Origin: the human T2T-CHM13v2.0 reference genome, Homo sapiens
Strand: one strand, 5' to 3'
NCBI RefSeq assembly: GCF_009914755.1
Contig: NC_060925.1
Length of the DNA stretch: 64,000 nt
Position numbers and translations under genes: made by a program. Below are positions 28,201 through 46,363 of this stretch, piece after piece. Below the pieces are notes generated by a model that worked only from the letters and a program-made list of their open reading frames with translations, did not search any database and had not been told where the DNA came from. Position 1 is the stretch's first letter; the number at the start of each line of letters is the position of its first letter.

Positions 28201-29154
28201 TCCCTGGTTAACAGGGAAAAGAGCTATGTAAATAGTATAATGTGAAAAGAGCTTTAGTAGAGATATGAGAACACAGCTATTTTCAAGAGCAGTGGAAAAT
28301 AAGGTTAAATAAGTAGAGTAGACCCCAAATGATAGCCCTTTGATAGCAAGCAGAGAAGTTCAGATTGGGTGTGGCAGCATTTTAGTGGGTCCTCTGGGTT
28401 CTTAGGTGGGGAGAGAGACACGAGGAAAACAGAAGGCCAGGATGAAGGTTTTGGGGTAATCTACACACAAAGTAAGAGCAAAAAAAAAAAAAGTGGGGGG
28501 AGTGGAAAGGAAGTAGGAATATATTCAGAAGGTATTCAAGAAACTAAATAGGACTGGATAACTGACTGGATAAAGCATAGAACCATAATGGTCAGAGGTG
28601 ACCCAGTGTCTCTACCCTGGTGACCTAGAAGAATTGTGGCATTCACGATAGAAGTGGGGGTGTTGAGGGAAGATCTGTTTTGAATGGTGATCCTACTTTG
28701 AACATTTTGGGTGTAGAGCAGTACGAGGCCATCAGGTATCCAGGTGGAGACGGCATACTGCTGAGGTAAGAGGTTATGACTGGGGATAGCTAGCAGAATC
28801 TTCGGAGTAAAAGTGATTGTGGGAGAGATGAAAGTATATGAATTCAGGGAAGAGAAAGAGGAGAACAAAGAGCTAAATCCAGGACCCCAGGCTTAGACAA
28901 TAAAAGTTTTGCATTGGTAGTAAAAGTTACTATGAGGAGAAGCAAAAGCTACCTGAAGAGAGAGAGAATAGTTTTGTTTTTTAAGGCAAAGGGTAGAAGG
29001 TAAGGTGGGAAAGTGGCGTCTGATGGAACTAGAAGTGTTTTAAGTAGAAGATCTGTAAGAGCAATTTCTTATTGATACTCTCTCATGTATAAGGTATTGT
29101 GAGAGATGCAAAGATGACTAAAACAAGCCCCAAACCCAAATGTTTTCAATCTCT

Positions 29155-29224
29155 TAGGGTGAAACATATGAAATTGCTGGTTTTTTTTGTAAGGCAAAAT
29201 GGCAATTTCATATGGTACAGCCTG
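29155..29224. mobile_element. MADE2-like mariner MITE (palindrome)
   Basis: Perfect inverted repeat CATATGAAATTGC (29165-29177) / GCAATTTCATATG (29202-29214) within a longer imperfect palindrome. Confidence 0.7.
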
Positions 29225-29869
29225 GTAGAAGAGGAGATAGAACATATGTACAAATGCATTTAATACAGGCAAGGTGGTGAGAAACTCAATAAGAGAGGCT
29301 CAGGCAACATCCTACTTTCATGCATAATTTATTCCTAAAAGTGTATACAGAAGTCAAATGGTTGAATGTCTAACTACAGTTTTATGTGGGGTAGGTAGGT
29401 TCTATTATTATAAATAAGTGTATATGTGAAATTCCAAATTATCCCTCACCTGATATATTTTTAGCATTGTATACCTTGTCTTTAGTTCTGTTTGTTTTTC
29501 CGCCATTAAACTCATGGCCTGCCTGCTCAAGTTCAGTGAATACCTAAAGAGTCCACGTAGCTGATGAGTTCTGCCCTTATCTTAGTAGTACAGTGATGAG
29601 ACCTCTACTTCTCAATGCAACATTAGTAACAGCACTTTTGTTTTTCCATTTCCACTCATTTTTGTGTTGCAAAAGATAACCAAGTGTTAAAATGTGTGCA
29701 CAGCACAAGCATTGCTGTGCAGAGACAACCATCCTGCTGAAACAGAATTGGTACCTGGCAGTCAGCAGCACTAAGACAAGCTTGAAACATTTGCTGGCAA
29801 CTGAAAATTTGACATTGGCATAGGAAAGGCATCTTAGGCATGTCTGATTTGGTAAAGATATAAGTTTGG

Positions 29870-30290
29870 CTGATGTAATAGACCCCAAGTAATAATGGCA
29901 TACACAAGATAGAGGTTGATTTTTCTCTGATGTCATAGTCTAGGTGTTAGCCATCCAGGGCTGTCAGGCTTCTTATTCCATCCCGAGAGTGTTATCCTTT
30001 TCTGTATGACCCAAGATGGCTCACTGCCACCATGTTCTCATTCCAGCCAGCAGGAAAAGGCAACAGGACGAGGGGAAGGTATGGCCTTATTTTTTAAAGG
30101 TGCACTCTGGAAGTGGCACACACAGCTCTTCAACTCATATCTGACTGGCCAGAACTTAGTCACATGGTTATGCTGAACTGCAAGGGAGGCTGGGAAGTGT
30201 AGTTATTGTTCTGGGTGACTATAAAGTAGAGTTTCTCTTAATATAGAAGAAGGGGAAATATTGGGGGACAATCAGCAGCATCTGCCATGG
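29870..30290. mobile_element. MLT1-family (MaLR) LTR relic
   Basis: GGCCAGAACTTAGTCACATGG...TGCAAGGGAGGCTGGGAAGTGTAGT motif. Boundaries approximate. Confidence 0.6.
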
Positions 30291-33058
30291 TGTATGAAAG
30301 GACAAGTGTAGGAAAGACCATGGCCACCCATCCATACAGAGTGCCACAGGTGCACAAAGAAGACAGATTTCTTCTGATTGGAGGACTGGAGAGGGCTTTA
30401 GGGAGGTCAAGTTCAATGGATGGGAGATAAAAAAATTAAAGTGCCAATGCTAGGCATTGATCCTTTAAGTTTAATACAGTTGAGACAATGGAGAAGTTGT
30501 AGAAAGAAGGTGAAAAGATGGGAAAGGAAGCATTTTAGATAGAGCAGTATTAGAAAAGGCTAACAGAAGTGAGAACAAACGCTGATGGATAACTTATCTG
30601 TTTTGCTGAAGAACAGGAATTATAAATGTGATAGTGAAATAAACCTGGAAAAGATAGGGGCCAGAAGATTAAAGAGGTCTATGAATGCCAGGCGACAGGG
30701 TTCGGGCTTTATTCTGTAAGCATGGGGGACCATTGATAGTTTTTGAGCAAGGAACATAATTATGGCTGTGCTTTCGAAGGGTAACTATGGCAACGATGCA
30801 TATGATCAATTGGAGCAGAGAGACTGGAAGGAGGAGGACCTGTTAAGAAAGGAGTCCAGTGGTGAGGTTAATGTGGGCTGAAACTGAGGTCATACCCTTG
30901 GAAATAGACAAGATGGGGCCAAGTGTGAGGACAAGAATTAATGGAATTCAAAGAAGCTGGGACAGAGAAAGTGCTCTTGGTTTCCTGGGTCTCTGGAGTG
31001 ACAATAGTACTGTATTTTCAGTCGGTGAACTGTAGCCTTGATTTTGCTGACTCTAGGACTGGTCCCAGAATAGTTCATTCTCTGCCCAGAACATCTCAGT
31101 GGGCACTCATCACCTCCCCCGGAGCTGTAGCAGCTGTTGGGCTAGCAATGCCATGAATTTGTCTTCCTGTACTGCCAGGAGAGCAGCTGCCAGCAGCAAC
31201 TCTGAACAGACCCATCTCAGGGACGTGGAAACTATTCAACTTGGGATGCAGCAGGTTGGCCAGGGCTGAATTCAGTCCACATGGATTCATCTCACCCTTT
31301 TCCAGGCCACTTTCTTACCCTGGCTGGGTTTCAGCCACTCATACTGCGTTAGGTTGGGTATTTTCTTACAGTTCTAAGTGATTGCATTTAGGGATGGACG
31401 CTGCTGAACTGCTTTCTTCATCTTTTGGACACCTCCTCCCCTGGAAGCCATTACGCTGTCAGCCTTTGGCTTTGCTTCCTACTCTGCTCTGCTCCTGCTC
31501 ACCTTTTGTCCTCTCCCACATTGCGCTCAGTGCAGACATCCTCATTAAAGCCTGTACAGTTCTGACTCCATGGCAGCCTGACCCTCTGGTTCCATCCCTC
31601 TCCTTCTTTCTCCTTCCCCCAGAGAATGAGAGATGCTGCAGATAGAACTGTAGCGATTATTTGACCCTATGTTATTCTGCTTTGTTTAAGACAGGTAACA
31701 TGGCTTTCCCCATCCCTGTGAATTGTGGGAAGACCCTGCTAATGTCTGAAATTCTGTCAGCCTGGTTTGATTAAGAGCAGTGGTAAAGTATTATGCGAGG
31801 GTAGGAAGCCTTTCTAGGGAAGATGTTCTTGCATTTTCTTTGGCTCCTTGAAGAGCATAAATGTATTCCTATTTGTTGCTGAGCCTTTGATTGTCTCTTT
31901 TAAGTGGAATCTGTGTTAATATGGCCCAGCAGGACTCTAATTGATAATGCATTGGCTGTTTTTTTTTTTTTTTAAATAGACTTCCTGTAAATTACCTTTC
32001 AGTCATAGCTCACTTGGTTTTGATCTCCTGCTTTTAATAGCTCATTTTTTTAGGTAGCTTTTTTTTTTCTGTTGAGTTTTTAGAGCAATACTTCTACATT
32101 TCTGTCCTGCTGTGTTCCTTGCAGAGACCTTCTGCTATTTTATAACCCACTGTCAGTATCTTTTCACCGTTTCTCCCAGCTTCTTTCTCTCCTCAACACA
32201 TATTTGTTGACTATTTTAGAGGTTTTGTTCTAAACTCTTAGAGGACAGAGATCCAAAGAAATAAAAGGAGTAGTTCTTTCCCATATGAAATTATAATCTA
32301 GTCAGGGAGAAATTAAATTCAAATACAAGAATACAAATCTTCAACATAAGGCTATATGTAGTAAGTACTAAGTATATGCTGCAGAAGAGATGAGGCTCAG
32401 TTGGTGTAGACAGGAAACTTCAGTAAGGAAATGAGATTTGAACAAAGCTTTAAAGAAAATGGCTCTTGAGAGGGAGGGGAAGATACTCTAGGAAAAAGGG
32501 GCACAGCTAGAAGAAAGAACAAAGCACTTTTGAGGTACAGTGAGTAGACTGGTTTAGCTGGGAGAATAAGTGGATGTGGAAGAAGTGGACAAAGGTAGAT
32601 GAGTTTGTATTGTGGAGGGCCTTGACTCTTGATTAGGGATTTGGCTCTATACAATAGACACTGGAAACCACTGATGGTTTAAATAGGTATGAATTCTGAT
32701 TAAGGAAGATTAACCTAGTGGTAGTTTGCTAAATGACAAGAAACATGAGACCAAGGAAACCAGTTGCTGCAGTAGATCATAAGGATCTAAATTAGGTTGG
32801 GATGGTAGGAATGAAAAGAAGGGGAATTTATCCTTCTGTCCATTTAGCAAATATATATCTTCTTACCATGTGCCAGACACATGCCAGATACCCACCCCTG
32901 TACTCCTAGAGCTTACAGTCTAGAGACAGATGGAAAGCACCTGGTGCAGGAAGAATCTACAGGAATTGCTGACTGATGGGATTCAGGTTTCAAGTGAGCT
33001 TGGAAGCCATAAAAGAAAGAGGTCTGTAAAGTGTCTTTTTGACTTGGGTGATTGATAA

Positions 33059-33428
<370 letters not shown>

Positions 33429-36400
33429 GAAATCTAGTGTTTTTTTAACAGAAGTTAGGAGAAAGAATTGTTTTTGAAGGAGTAAAATATGAGAAATTTG
33501 GTTTTGGATTTTAAGTTTAAGGTGTTGGAAGAGTATTGAAGCTAAAATTTCTAGTAGTTGACAAAATGAATGGCTGTATGCAGGGCTAAAGAGATTTTTT
33601 GGCTGTTGGTAGAGATTTGCACACATGCACAGAGAGGGGATGGTTGAAACTGTGGAAATATTTGTGATTTCCAATAGTAAGAGTTTAGAAGAACAAAGGG
33701 GAAACTTCCTTTGTATCATCTGTGATACTCAGATTACAGAGTGTATAAAGGAATTTAAATGATATATTTATTTGTGTATCATTGAGTATACATTTTGGGA
33801 ACCTAATTATGTATCAGGAATTGGGTTTAGTACTGGAGATAGAGAAGAATAAGACAATCTCCTATTTTCACTAATATTAAATTAGCAGAATATCAAGGAG
33901 GTAGACATAGAAAGTAAACTTTCTTGTTTGGCTGGTTATCAGTTGTGTCACTATTGGAAGTGATGTGAGGGAGCAGGGCCTAGGTATCTTAAGAATTTGG
34001 TAGACATTCAACCTGCAATACTCCTTTCAGTGGGAGGTTAGTTACACAATTAATTAAAGAAAAATTATTGTAGAGTCTGTGTTCTCGGCTTCAGGCCCAG
34101 TATTTGAATGTGCGCCATCTCTGTAGTTACATCACTACTGCGGATGGGTTCCTCCCCTGGAGTTGAGTTCAAAGTCATTCACCAGTCTCACAGGATAGCA
34201 TTGGGTTGAAAAGCATAGAGTCAGTTGGCCATGGAAAATGTTATAGTTGTGGTTGCAAATCGGAAAAGGGTGGAAGACCAGAAGGTTCCTCATTGACTTA
34301 TGGAGTGACCTTGAGAAGGAAAGTACCAGGAAACATGAAGCTCCCGGGAGGGAGAACCCCTGACTTCCTGGGACCAGTGCGTCACTCACTCATTTTGGAC
34401 ATATTTGGGAGCTGTTTGTTCCCTCAGGAAAGATTTTGCCCAGATGTAGCACCTGGTGTTGCAAGGGTTGGCTTCCCTTCTCCATGGCTCAAGATGCCTT
34501 TGTTCAGAAATTAACAGAAGGTTCTTTGGTGTGTTTTGCATGGGCCCAGTTCATGTAGAACCTTAGGTCATTGTTGAGTCCTTTTTGGAGGAAGAGTTGG
34601 GAGGACTTCTCACACATGGGTAAAGCAGAATGGAAGAGACGCAAGAAGGCCATTTGGGAATCAGCAAGACAGGGTGATCCAGTCTTTGGAAGAGAGAAAG
34701 AATTCAGTTAAAAGTTCTTTGGGAAGCTTTGTGACTTTGTGTGGGAAAAACCAGAGCTTTGAGCCAGAAAAACTTGGGTCTGAATCTTGTCTCTTCTACT
34801 CCTAGCTTGTGACCTTAAGCAAGTCACTTTACCCCTGTTAGCCTCAATTTCTTACCTGTGAAATGTTGACAGTAATACTTACCTTGAAGGATTCTTCTAA
34901 GGATATATATAATGTATATACAGCACTAGCTAATGTTTGTGACTTAATGGATGCTCAATAAATGGTAGCTGATAATAATTATCAGGAAAAGTCAATCCTG
35001 ATAGTTAAGATCAGCCACAGAAGAGTCAGCCCTGATAGTTAAGATCACAAGTTCTGGGAACCAGATTTCCTGGGTTCACAATCCTGGATTTCTCCCACTT
35101 ACTTGCTGTGTGATTTTAGATGAAAGGTTTTAATCACCTCAGTATCCTCGTTTGCAAAATGAAGATAATATTCATAACTACCTTATGGAGTTGTTATGCT
35201 GGTTAAGTGAATTAATAATATGTGAAACACTTAGGACAGCTTGGCACATAGTAAATGTAAATAGTAGCAACTATTATCCCTATCCTCAGGATTTGGGCCT
35301 GAGCACAGCTGTACTGGGTAAAACACTGGTATATTAGATACACTAGTCATTCCTTGTGCAGAGTTAAGTATTCCTAAGCCTGGCTGGGTAATATGTCAGT
35401 TTCCATTTTCTTCAGACACCTGTGGGCCCTCATGAATGACAAATTCATCCCCTACCCTGATTTTTATGGTATAGCTACATTGGGCAGGACATAGGCAATT
35501 ATGTGACTCTGTGTAATTGCATGGTCAGTCCCTATAAAAACTCAGCAATTGTATGTTTTGTTCTGTAAGGTGTCATATAGTTCAACCTTGGTGGGTTACT
35601 TTTAGATCCAGGCTCATAATCATGAAGAGGAAGACATTTGTCATACAACCACTCTCTGATTTTCTCATCCTTTGGAGTTAATAGTTAGCCCTATTGCCAA
35701 ATTGCTGAGTTTCTATAAAGATATACTGTTGAGGCCCACAGGTCCCAATTTTGACTTGGGCAAATAAAAGAAGGCCAGTCCTATTCAGCCTCCTGCAGTA
35801 TCTACCATCGAGGCCAGCAGGCCAGTGCAGTACAAACCTTAGTCATGAACATAACAGTATGTGGTTTACTGGGTTGTTTGTCTCATGAGGCCAAACAGAA
35901 GCTCCCAAGCTTCTGCATAAATGGCTTTATATCTTCCTTTTAGGGTAGGGAATGATAAGAGGGCAGGTTAGAAGCAAAATATGCTTTTATGAGCAATTGG
36001 GAGGATGTTGGAGACTCCTGAGAGTTTCCTGTGTCTCCTAGGATTTGCCACTGGAATGTCAGCAGGCCATACCTCAGGCGTTCAGCTCCATGGAGCAAAG
36101 ACAGTAGTGATCACGTTCCTTGACAACAGTGCTAGTGTGCGGGGAGCTTTTAGTTTTCCTTTTCTCTGCTCCTGTAAGCCCCATAATAATTCTGTAGCAG
36201 ACACAGGAAGCAATGTGTCTAACTACTACTAGGCAATGTGTTCTTGGGATTTTTAATTCTCAGGAATTCGCAGCCAATTAAATGAATTTACTTTGATCCA
36301 GTTCTCTTTTCAAGGCAAAAGCTGTGTCATCTTATTGGGAGCTGACTGTGTTAAGTGGGAGGGTTTACAAGATAAGAAGAAAAGACAGTCTCTGCCATAC

Positions 36401-37525
36401 GTGTTTTTATAATTGAAATGGGGGAAATCGGGCAGGCTGAGAGAGAATAATAAGAACACATGTGCACAGGAATTTAAAAATAGCACCCCATTTAAAGCAG
36501 GTTCCAGTAGTCACCAGGAAAAGAAGAAAGGTGGAGTACTCAGGAGGGACTTGTACTTGGTTCAGTCAGGGAAAGGTAAAAGATAGTATAGTTATGTTCT
36601 CAATTAGATTTGTTCCCTGGTTAATTGAAGTAAAGACTTTAATATCTAATTCCTACACTGCACAGAAGTATCACATGTTGAAAAGAAACAGTGTGACATG
36701 GGAAGGACTCACTGTTAACGAAAGATTTAGAGAGAATGAAAAAAAAAGTAGGATTTGGGTTTTTCAGAGTTGAAATAGGTTCATCTTTTCTGCTAGCTCC
36801 TCCTTTTATACATCTCCACTGTCGTTGCTCCTTGGGTTTTAAATTCAGGGAGAATCAATGAGCACAGTTCTGCGTCTTAATATATTTAGGGTGCAGCTGG
36901 TTAAAGAGCCAGGATTAGAAAATGAATCGGAACAAACTAGGATTATCTTCAACAGTAGGATGCTGAGCTGTGTTTGCTGATTCCTGCTTAAGCAGTCGGG
37001 ACAGGGCATCCTTGCATGAAATTCAGACATCCCTCCCTGGCAGCCTCTGTGGTAAAGTAGAGGTTGCAGAACAAGTCTGGCAGCTCTCAGCCCGAACCCT
37101 TGTAAACAACAGATGTTCATAACTAAGTTCTAGGGTGGGGGTAGGGGTTATTGTTGATGCTTGAAATTCTTTGAATTTATAGGCAGCATCTCAGGGATTT
37201 AGCAAAAGGAGGAAGTTATACAGAATTGATTTCTGCAGTGTACAGGTAGAAATGATGCCTCATCGATTTCCTTGAAGACAAAGCACAGGCTATTGTGTGG
37301 ACTCTAAAACAGAGCAAGGTGAACCCAGGAAGGCAGGCACAGTTAAGAAAGGGTTGGCTTCTTACGTGTATTGACTTCCTCCCCTCCTTCTCCTCTCTCA
37401 CTCCTTTTTATACATTGACTGGATTTGTCAGTCTTGTTCTTGCTCCTGTTTTCTCCGGTAATGGGTGGAAATGTGTGTCCTTTCTTACCACAGAGTCCTA
37501 GATACATGTGCATACAAATACACAG

Positions 37526-37941
37526 TGTATTAGGCCATTTTTTGCGATGCTGTAAATAAATACCTGAGGCTGGGTAATTTCTACAGAAAAAAGGTTTGAT
37601 TGGCTCATGGTTCTGCAGGCTGTACAGGAGGCATGGTGCTGGTGTCTGCTTCTGGTGAGGCCTCAGGGAGCTTACAATCATGGCAGAAGGCACCGGGGAG
37701 CCAGCATGTCACATGGTGAGAGTGGGAGTGAGAGTCGGGGGAGGTCCCAGACTTTTGAACAACCAGATCTCTTGTGAACTAAGTGAGCATGAACTCACTT
37801 ATCACCACAGAGATGGTGCTAAACCATTCATGAAGGATCTACCCCCATGACGCAGTCACCTCCCACCAGGCCCCACCTCCAACATTTGGAATCACATTTC
37901 AACATGAGATTTGGGGGGGGACAGACATCCAAACCATATCA
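37526..37941 (-). mobile_element. MST-family (MSTB-like) solo MaLR LTR
   Basis: TGTATTAGGCC...CCAAACCATATCA termini; 5-bp TSD CACAG / CATAG. Confidence 0.85.
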
Positions 37942-38129
37942 CATAGGAGGAAAAACACACAGGAAGAGCACACAGGTGCACTTCCCTTAGTGCCTTCTGA
38001 AGGACGCAACTCAGGTTTTTATGATATACTGATTAACGGGTTATTGTTATGGGCTTTGTCTTGGATTTTAACCTGATACTTTCTCAGTGTTGGTTTTGCT
38101 AGATGTTCATTACTTCATTAAACAGAGGT

Positions 38130-38429
38130 GCCGGGTGCGGTGGCTCACGCCTGTAATCCCAGCACTTTGGGAGGCCGAGGCGGGCGGATCACGAGGTCAG
38201 GAGATCGAGACCATCCTGGCTAATACGGCGAAACCCCATCTCTACTAAAAATACAAAAAATTATCCGGGTGTGGTGGCGGGTGCCTGTAGTCCCACCTAC
38301 TCAGGAGGCTGAGGCAGGAGAATGGTGTGAACCCAGGAGGCGGAGCTTTCAGTGAGTCGAGATCGCGCCACTGCACTCCAGCCTGGGTGACAGAGCGAGA
38401 CTCCATCTCAAAAAAAAACAACAACAAAA
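38130..38429 (+). mobile_element. AluY
   Basis: GATCGAGACCATCCTGGCTAA; TSD AAACAGAGGT. Confidence 0.92.
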
Positions 38430-38778
38430 AACAGAGGTGAGTGATGAGAATATGGCTTATGAAGACTTCAGTGCTGCCTCTTCTTGATCCCCATCCCCTA
38501 GTCCCCAAGCACACATACCGAGTTTCCAGCCAGATGATAAGTGCTTAGGAAACCTTCTACTTTACAGCATAGTTCAGGGAAGCCATAATAGAAAAAATAT
38601 AATACATCTTTGGTAGGCTTCCTTGGCACCAAATTGACGAAGACTTTAGAAAGGTTCTTATCGTACATCAGATGAAAAAAAGCGATTTACCAGATCTGGG
38701 AATGTTTTTGAGCCACTCTAGCAAAAAACAACTGGCTTGAAAATCTTTGATAAAATCGCTTATTCTTTTGGAAGCTAA

Positions 38779-39210
<432 letters not shown>

Positions 39211-39679
39211 TAATCTTTCAGCAAACATTTATTGAACATTTATTCTGTGCCAAGAGTTGTACAAGGAATTAAATATACATAGAAGAATAAGCTACCATTC
39301 TAGCCCATGGGAGTTATTACTTAATGTGAAATATTTTAAGTTTGTTTATATACATTTGTATGTGCTCTGATAAGGCGTAGACTTCCAGGTTGAGGAGACA
39401 GAATTGTTGGGTTATGAGCCACCCTGTTAGTCACCTTTATTATATGTGAATCAGTAATAAACACTTGACTTCATTCTCATCGCTAATGACCAATAGGTTC
39501 TCTGCAGGTTTGGGGTCACAAAGAGGTGTAGGATCCTGTTCTTTCCCTCAGGAAGCTCATGGTGTCATGTGGAAGACAGAGAGTTTATGGGAAAAAGATA
39601 ACACAAAATAATATACACTTACTGCCAAAGGAGAGATGGGAGAAATGATTTCATTTTTCTCCAGAATGCAATCTGTAAA

Positions 39680-41730
<2,051 letters not shown>

Positions 41731-41732
41731 CC

Positions 41733-42163
41733 TATCTTAGTCTGTTTTGTGTCGCCATAACAGAATACCTGAGTCCAGGTAATTTATAAAGAAAAGAAGC
41801 TTATTTGGCTCACGACTGTGGTGGCTTGAGAGTATAAGAATGTGGCATCAGCATCTGCTCAGCTCTTGGTGGGGGCCATGTGCTGCCTGACAACATGGCG
41901 GAGAAGCTGAAAGGCTAGGGAATGAGTGAAAAGAAAGCAAACACTAGGAAGAAGCTTGCTTTACAACAACTCACTCTCTCAGGAACTAATCCAGTCCCAC
42001 AAGAGTGAGAACTCATTTCCATGAGAATATTAATCTTATTCATGAAGGATTCTTCCCATGACCCAGACAACCCCCAGTGGCCCAGCCTCTCAATACCACT
42101 TGCAATTGCAATCAAATTTCAACATGAGTTTTGGAGGGAACAAACCAGATTCAAACCATAGCA
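41733..42163 (-). mobile_element. MST-family solo MaLR LTR
   Basis: TATCTTAGTCTGTTTTGTG...TTTCAACATGAGTTTTGGAGGG...CAAACCATAGCA. Confidence 0.78.
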
Positions 42164-44251
42164 TCCCTCAACCTCCAGACCTTCAATGTAGTTATATTAT
42201 TTGTTTGAAATATAATTTGGTTTATTTATTTGTTTGTATTTAATGTTTTCCTCTCCGGAATGGGGTCTTGACATTTCTCACTGCCAAACCTTTTCTCTTG
42301 ACTAAAAAAGATGGCGCAGATTCAGGAGAAGTGAGAGACCCATGTATCCATAGGTTAAGTCAGGGCTTTAGCAGAAGTCAGTGATGGGGACATAGGCCAG
42401 ACATGCACTGAGAACAAACCAACCATTTTCCCCTACTTCTGGGCCAGCCCTGTCTCTAAGCAAGCCATCTTATGGATTGAGACCCTTGCCAGTTTCTCCT
42501 AAGCCTGCTCCTAGGTTCTCCTTGCCATTCTCCCTGATCACCTCTTTTGCATTTAGCGAACCAAGAATCCAGCATCAGCATCAGCATCAGCATCTGCTCA
42601 GCTGTAGGCCATGATTGTCTGTACTGTTTACCAGCAGCTCATGTAATATGCTTGATGTAAGACCTTAGGATAATGTTGATCTGGCCTTTCAGACATGAAG
42701 CCCCGGGGCACTGCACATTGACACCCAAACTTGCAAACTTTTACGTCCTTTTGCGAGACTGTTTGCTAGTGCCCTGTTCTGAAATCCTTGAAATTTCTCC
42801 TCCTGGACTTTCTTCAGTTACATGCTTTGGCCTCTCTAATAGCTCTTTTGCATCAATTCTGATGACCTGGCCATTTTCTCCTGTCTGTCTGGGAATGGCT
42901 TCCAGAATCCCCTTCCTCTGCCCCATTTAACCCTCTTCCTCCATCTCCCACACACTCATTTTATTTCTCTTTCCTCCAGACACATATAACCTGGTCAGTG
43001 CTGCTGATTCCAGCTGTTCTGAATCTTGTGTACAGCTTAAGTTCAAAAACAGATGGGCCCAAAGTATCCTAGATGCTGTGCCAATTTCCACTGCATGAAA
43101 ACAAATTACTGAAAAGCATCAGGAAATTTTAGAATAGTTTTGGGGTTTGATTCTCTATCTTCTCAATGGTCCTTCCTCCCCAACTCTTCCATTTCTCTTC
43201 ACCGTCCCTGTCCCCCCATTATACCTTGCCACTTTCCATCTCTTCTTCATATTCCTCACTTAGCAAAGGCTGGTTTTTAAAACCTTTATTCTCATTTTTA
43301 CTCTTTCTATGTACTGACAGGTTTAACCATCAGGATGGGACTGTGTTGATAATCAAGCTAGGGCTGTTGGTTGTTTTTCTAGATGTTTATACCCTTTTAA
43401 AATCTTCCATCTAGGACTAGGGACCTTATGTCCTTATGTCCTTTTCATATAGAGAAGGTAAGGCTGGGACCTCTGTGTCTGTGGGTACATTTGTAGGTCA
43501 AATAATTCACCAGCTTGCAAATAAAGTAGATATTCTTCTATTGACTTTATCACTGGGGGGTGCACAATTGTGCCAGTGCCATTGTCTGCCCTTGTCGGGA
43601 GTGAGTAGACACTCCCTGTAGACAGGGAGTGTGTTCCTTGGAAAGCAGTGACATTGGACCCACACCATTGCTTTCAGAATCCTCATTCTGGGAATTTGCC
43701 AACTGCTTTCTCCCAGTGTTCTGTAGGACATTGTTTAGCTTTGGCATTCCTAGTCACCCTAAAAATAAGAGGAAAACAATCATCGTAGTTGGACCACTTA
43801 TCTTACAGGTATATAAGGAAGACACTGGGGTCATTTACAGAGCATGGGGAGAAAGCTGTTGGCATGGTACAGTGGTTATTGGGTGCCCACTGTGAACAGA
43901 CATTGTAGGAACTGTCTTCAAGAGAAGCCCTTGAGGGATAGGCTTCTAGAAGTTCAGGTACATGCTGGATTTATCTATGCAAATTATAATGTTTCCCCGC
44001 TTCCCTCCCTCCCTCCCTCCCTCCTTCTCTGCTTTAGAAGAGAATCCTCAGATTCTCAAAAAGTATCAAGCAGAGTCCTATGGATGGTAACTGAAAGAAA
44101 AAAAGAAAAAAACGATTCTCAAAGGGATCTGGAATACGTAATTATCTCCCATAATTTAAGACCATTACTCTGGAACAGTGACTTTAAAACATTTTGATCA
44201 TGAATCTCTATATTTTATACTACAAGCTGGAATATACTTATATACACATAA

Positions 44252-44632
<381 letters not shown>

Positions 44633-44766
44633 TACTTTTTTCTGTTATTCTCTTCTACTGTTGCCTACTTAATTTTTTGAGAAATGCTAGTTGGTGACCT
44701 ATACGTTGATTTTTTTAAACCTCACTAATGGGTTGAATCCCACAGTTTGTAAAACATTGCTTTAAG

Positions 44767-44960
44767 AGCATTGTTTTTTAAATTTTTTGGTGTGCATAAA
44801 ATTACCTGACATGCTGATTTGAAAGGCAGATTCCTGGGCATCAGTCCACGAGTTGTAATCTCTGGCAGACGAGCATAAGAATCCACATTTTAAACAAGCA
44901 TTCCAGGTGATTCTGATGCAAGGTGATTTGGGGTCTTGAAGCCTCACACTTACAGAAACT
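44767..44960. mobile_element. MER5-family hAT MITE
   Basis: GCAGATTCCTGGG...CATTTTAAACAAGCATTCCAGGTGATTCTGATGCA. Confidence 0.65.
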
Positions 44961-45861
44961 GCTCTCTTTTGCATTTATGAACCTGGCTGTTGAAGGCTTC
45001 AGATCACATGCTTGGGGATGGTAGATACTAGTGGGGATCATCTGACTCCAGACTGGGAATCTTCTCGTTACAGGATGACCCCAATCACTTAGGTTTACTT
45101 CTGGATCTTGATAATTCCTTGATAGTCCTCTTTTACTGATGTCTCTTACGGCCCTTAAGAAGGCAGAGAAGGGGTTAACTGAGGCCACAGAATAGAGAGA
45201 GTGAAGGAACTGAAGGGTCATTTTACAGAGTGACTGGGGTGTGGCCCAGTCCTCCAGTAGGTGCCCAGAGCCAGTCCAAAATTAGAATGGGGTGGGATTC
45301 AAAACTGCTTTTCCTATTCACTTGCCTTTCATGTGTAACCACATGCAGTGTGTCAACATGCTTTCAGGCGCCATTAGGCAGCAGCAGTTTTGCTCCCTCT
45401 GGGTTCATGGACCCTTGGTATTCCTGTTATGTGTTGTCTTAGAATAGCTCTGCGCTCTGGGGCTCTGAGCATTGTCCATTAACTCTTTCAGCACCAGCCC
45501 TTTGAGATGCTAAGGGCTTTTGAATGAAATGTAATAACCACCACAATGAAATAAGAAAACAGTTACTAGTCAGGAGACCTGGATTCTTGCCCTGCTCCAC
45601 CACTGTCTGTGTGACCTCAGGCTCCCTGAGCCTCAGTTTCCTCACTCAGAAAATGACAGGCTTGGTCTAGACTCTAGACCATCTTGAAAGTCCCTTCTAG
45701 CTCTGAAATTCCATGATTCTATTTTTGTACACTCTGGCCTTTTCTCTTTGCACATGATTCTTTCGTTTAAAGTCTCAGCTACATTAGGCACAGAAGATTC
45801 ACTGAGTTTGGGAATTTCCAGAGAATCAGATGATAAATTAATAGCAATAAAATGTATTCCT

Positions 45862-46019
45862 GGCCAGGTGAGGTGGCTCATACTTGTGAGCCTGGCACTT
45901 TGGGAGGCTGAGGTGGGAGGATTGCTTGAGCCCAGGAGTTTGAGGCTACAGTGAACCATGGTCATGCCCCTGTACTCCAACCTGGGCAACATAGCAAGAC
46001 CCCATCTCTGCAAAAAAAA
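45862..46019 (+). mobile_element. Alu monomer (FRAM/J-like)
   Basis: Single monomer of about 150 nt with a short A tail. Confidence 0.75.
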
Positions 46020-46024
46020 GTATG

Positions 46025-46363
<339 letters not shown>

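Noticed and set aside
29155-29224. Hairpin as a possible microRNA precursor
   Set aside because: Explained by a MADE2-like MITE; the perfect stem is only 13 bp and there is no expression evidence.
34985-35047. Imperfect 34-bp tandem duplication (CCTGATAGTTAAGATCA twice); similar short duplications near 12588, 20900 and 27609
   Set aside because: Ordinary slippage-type duplications with no sign of function.
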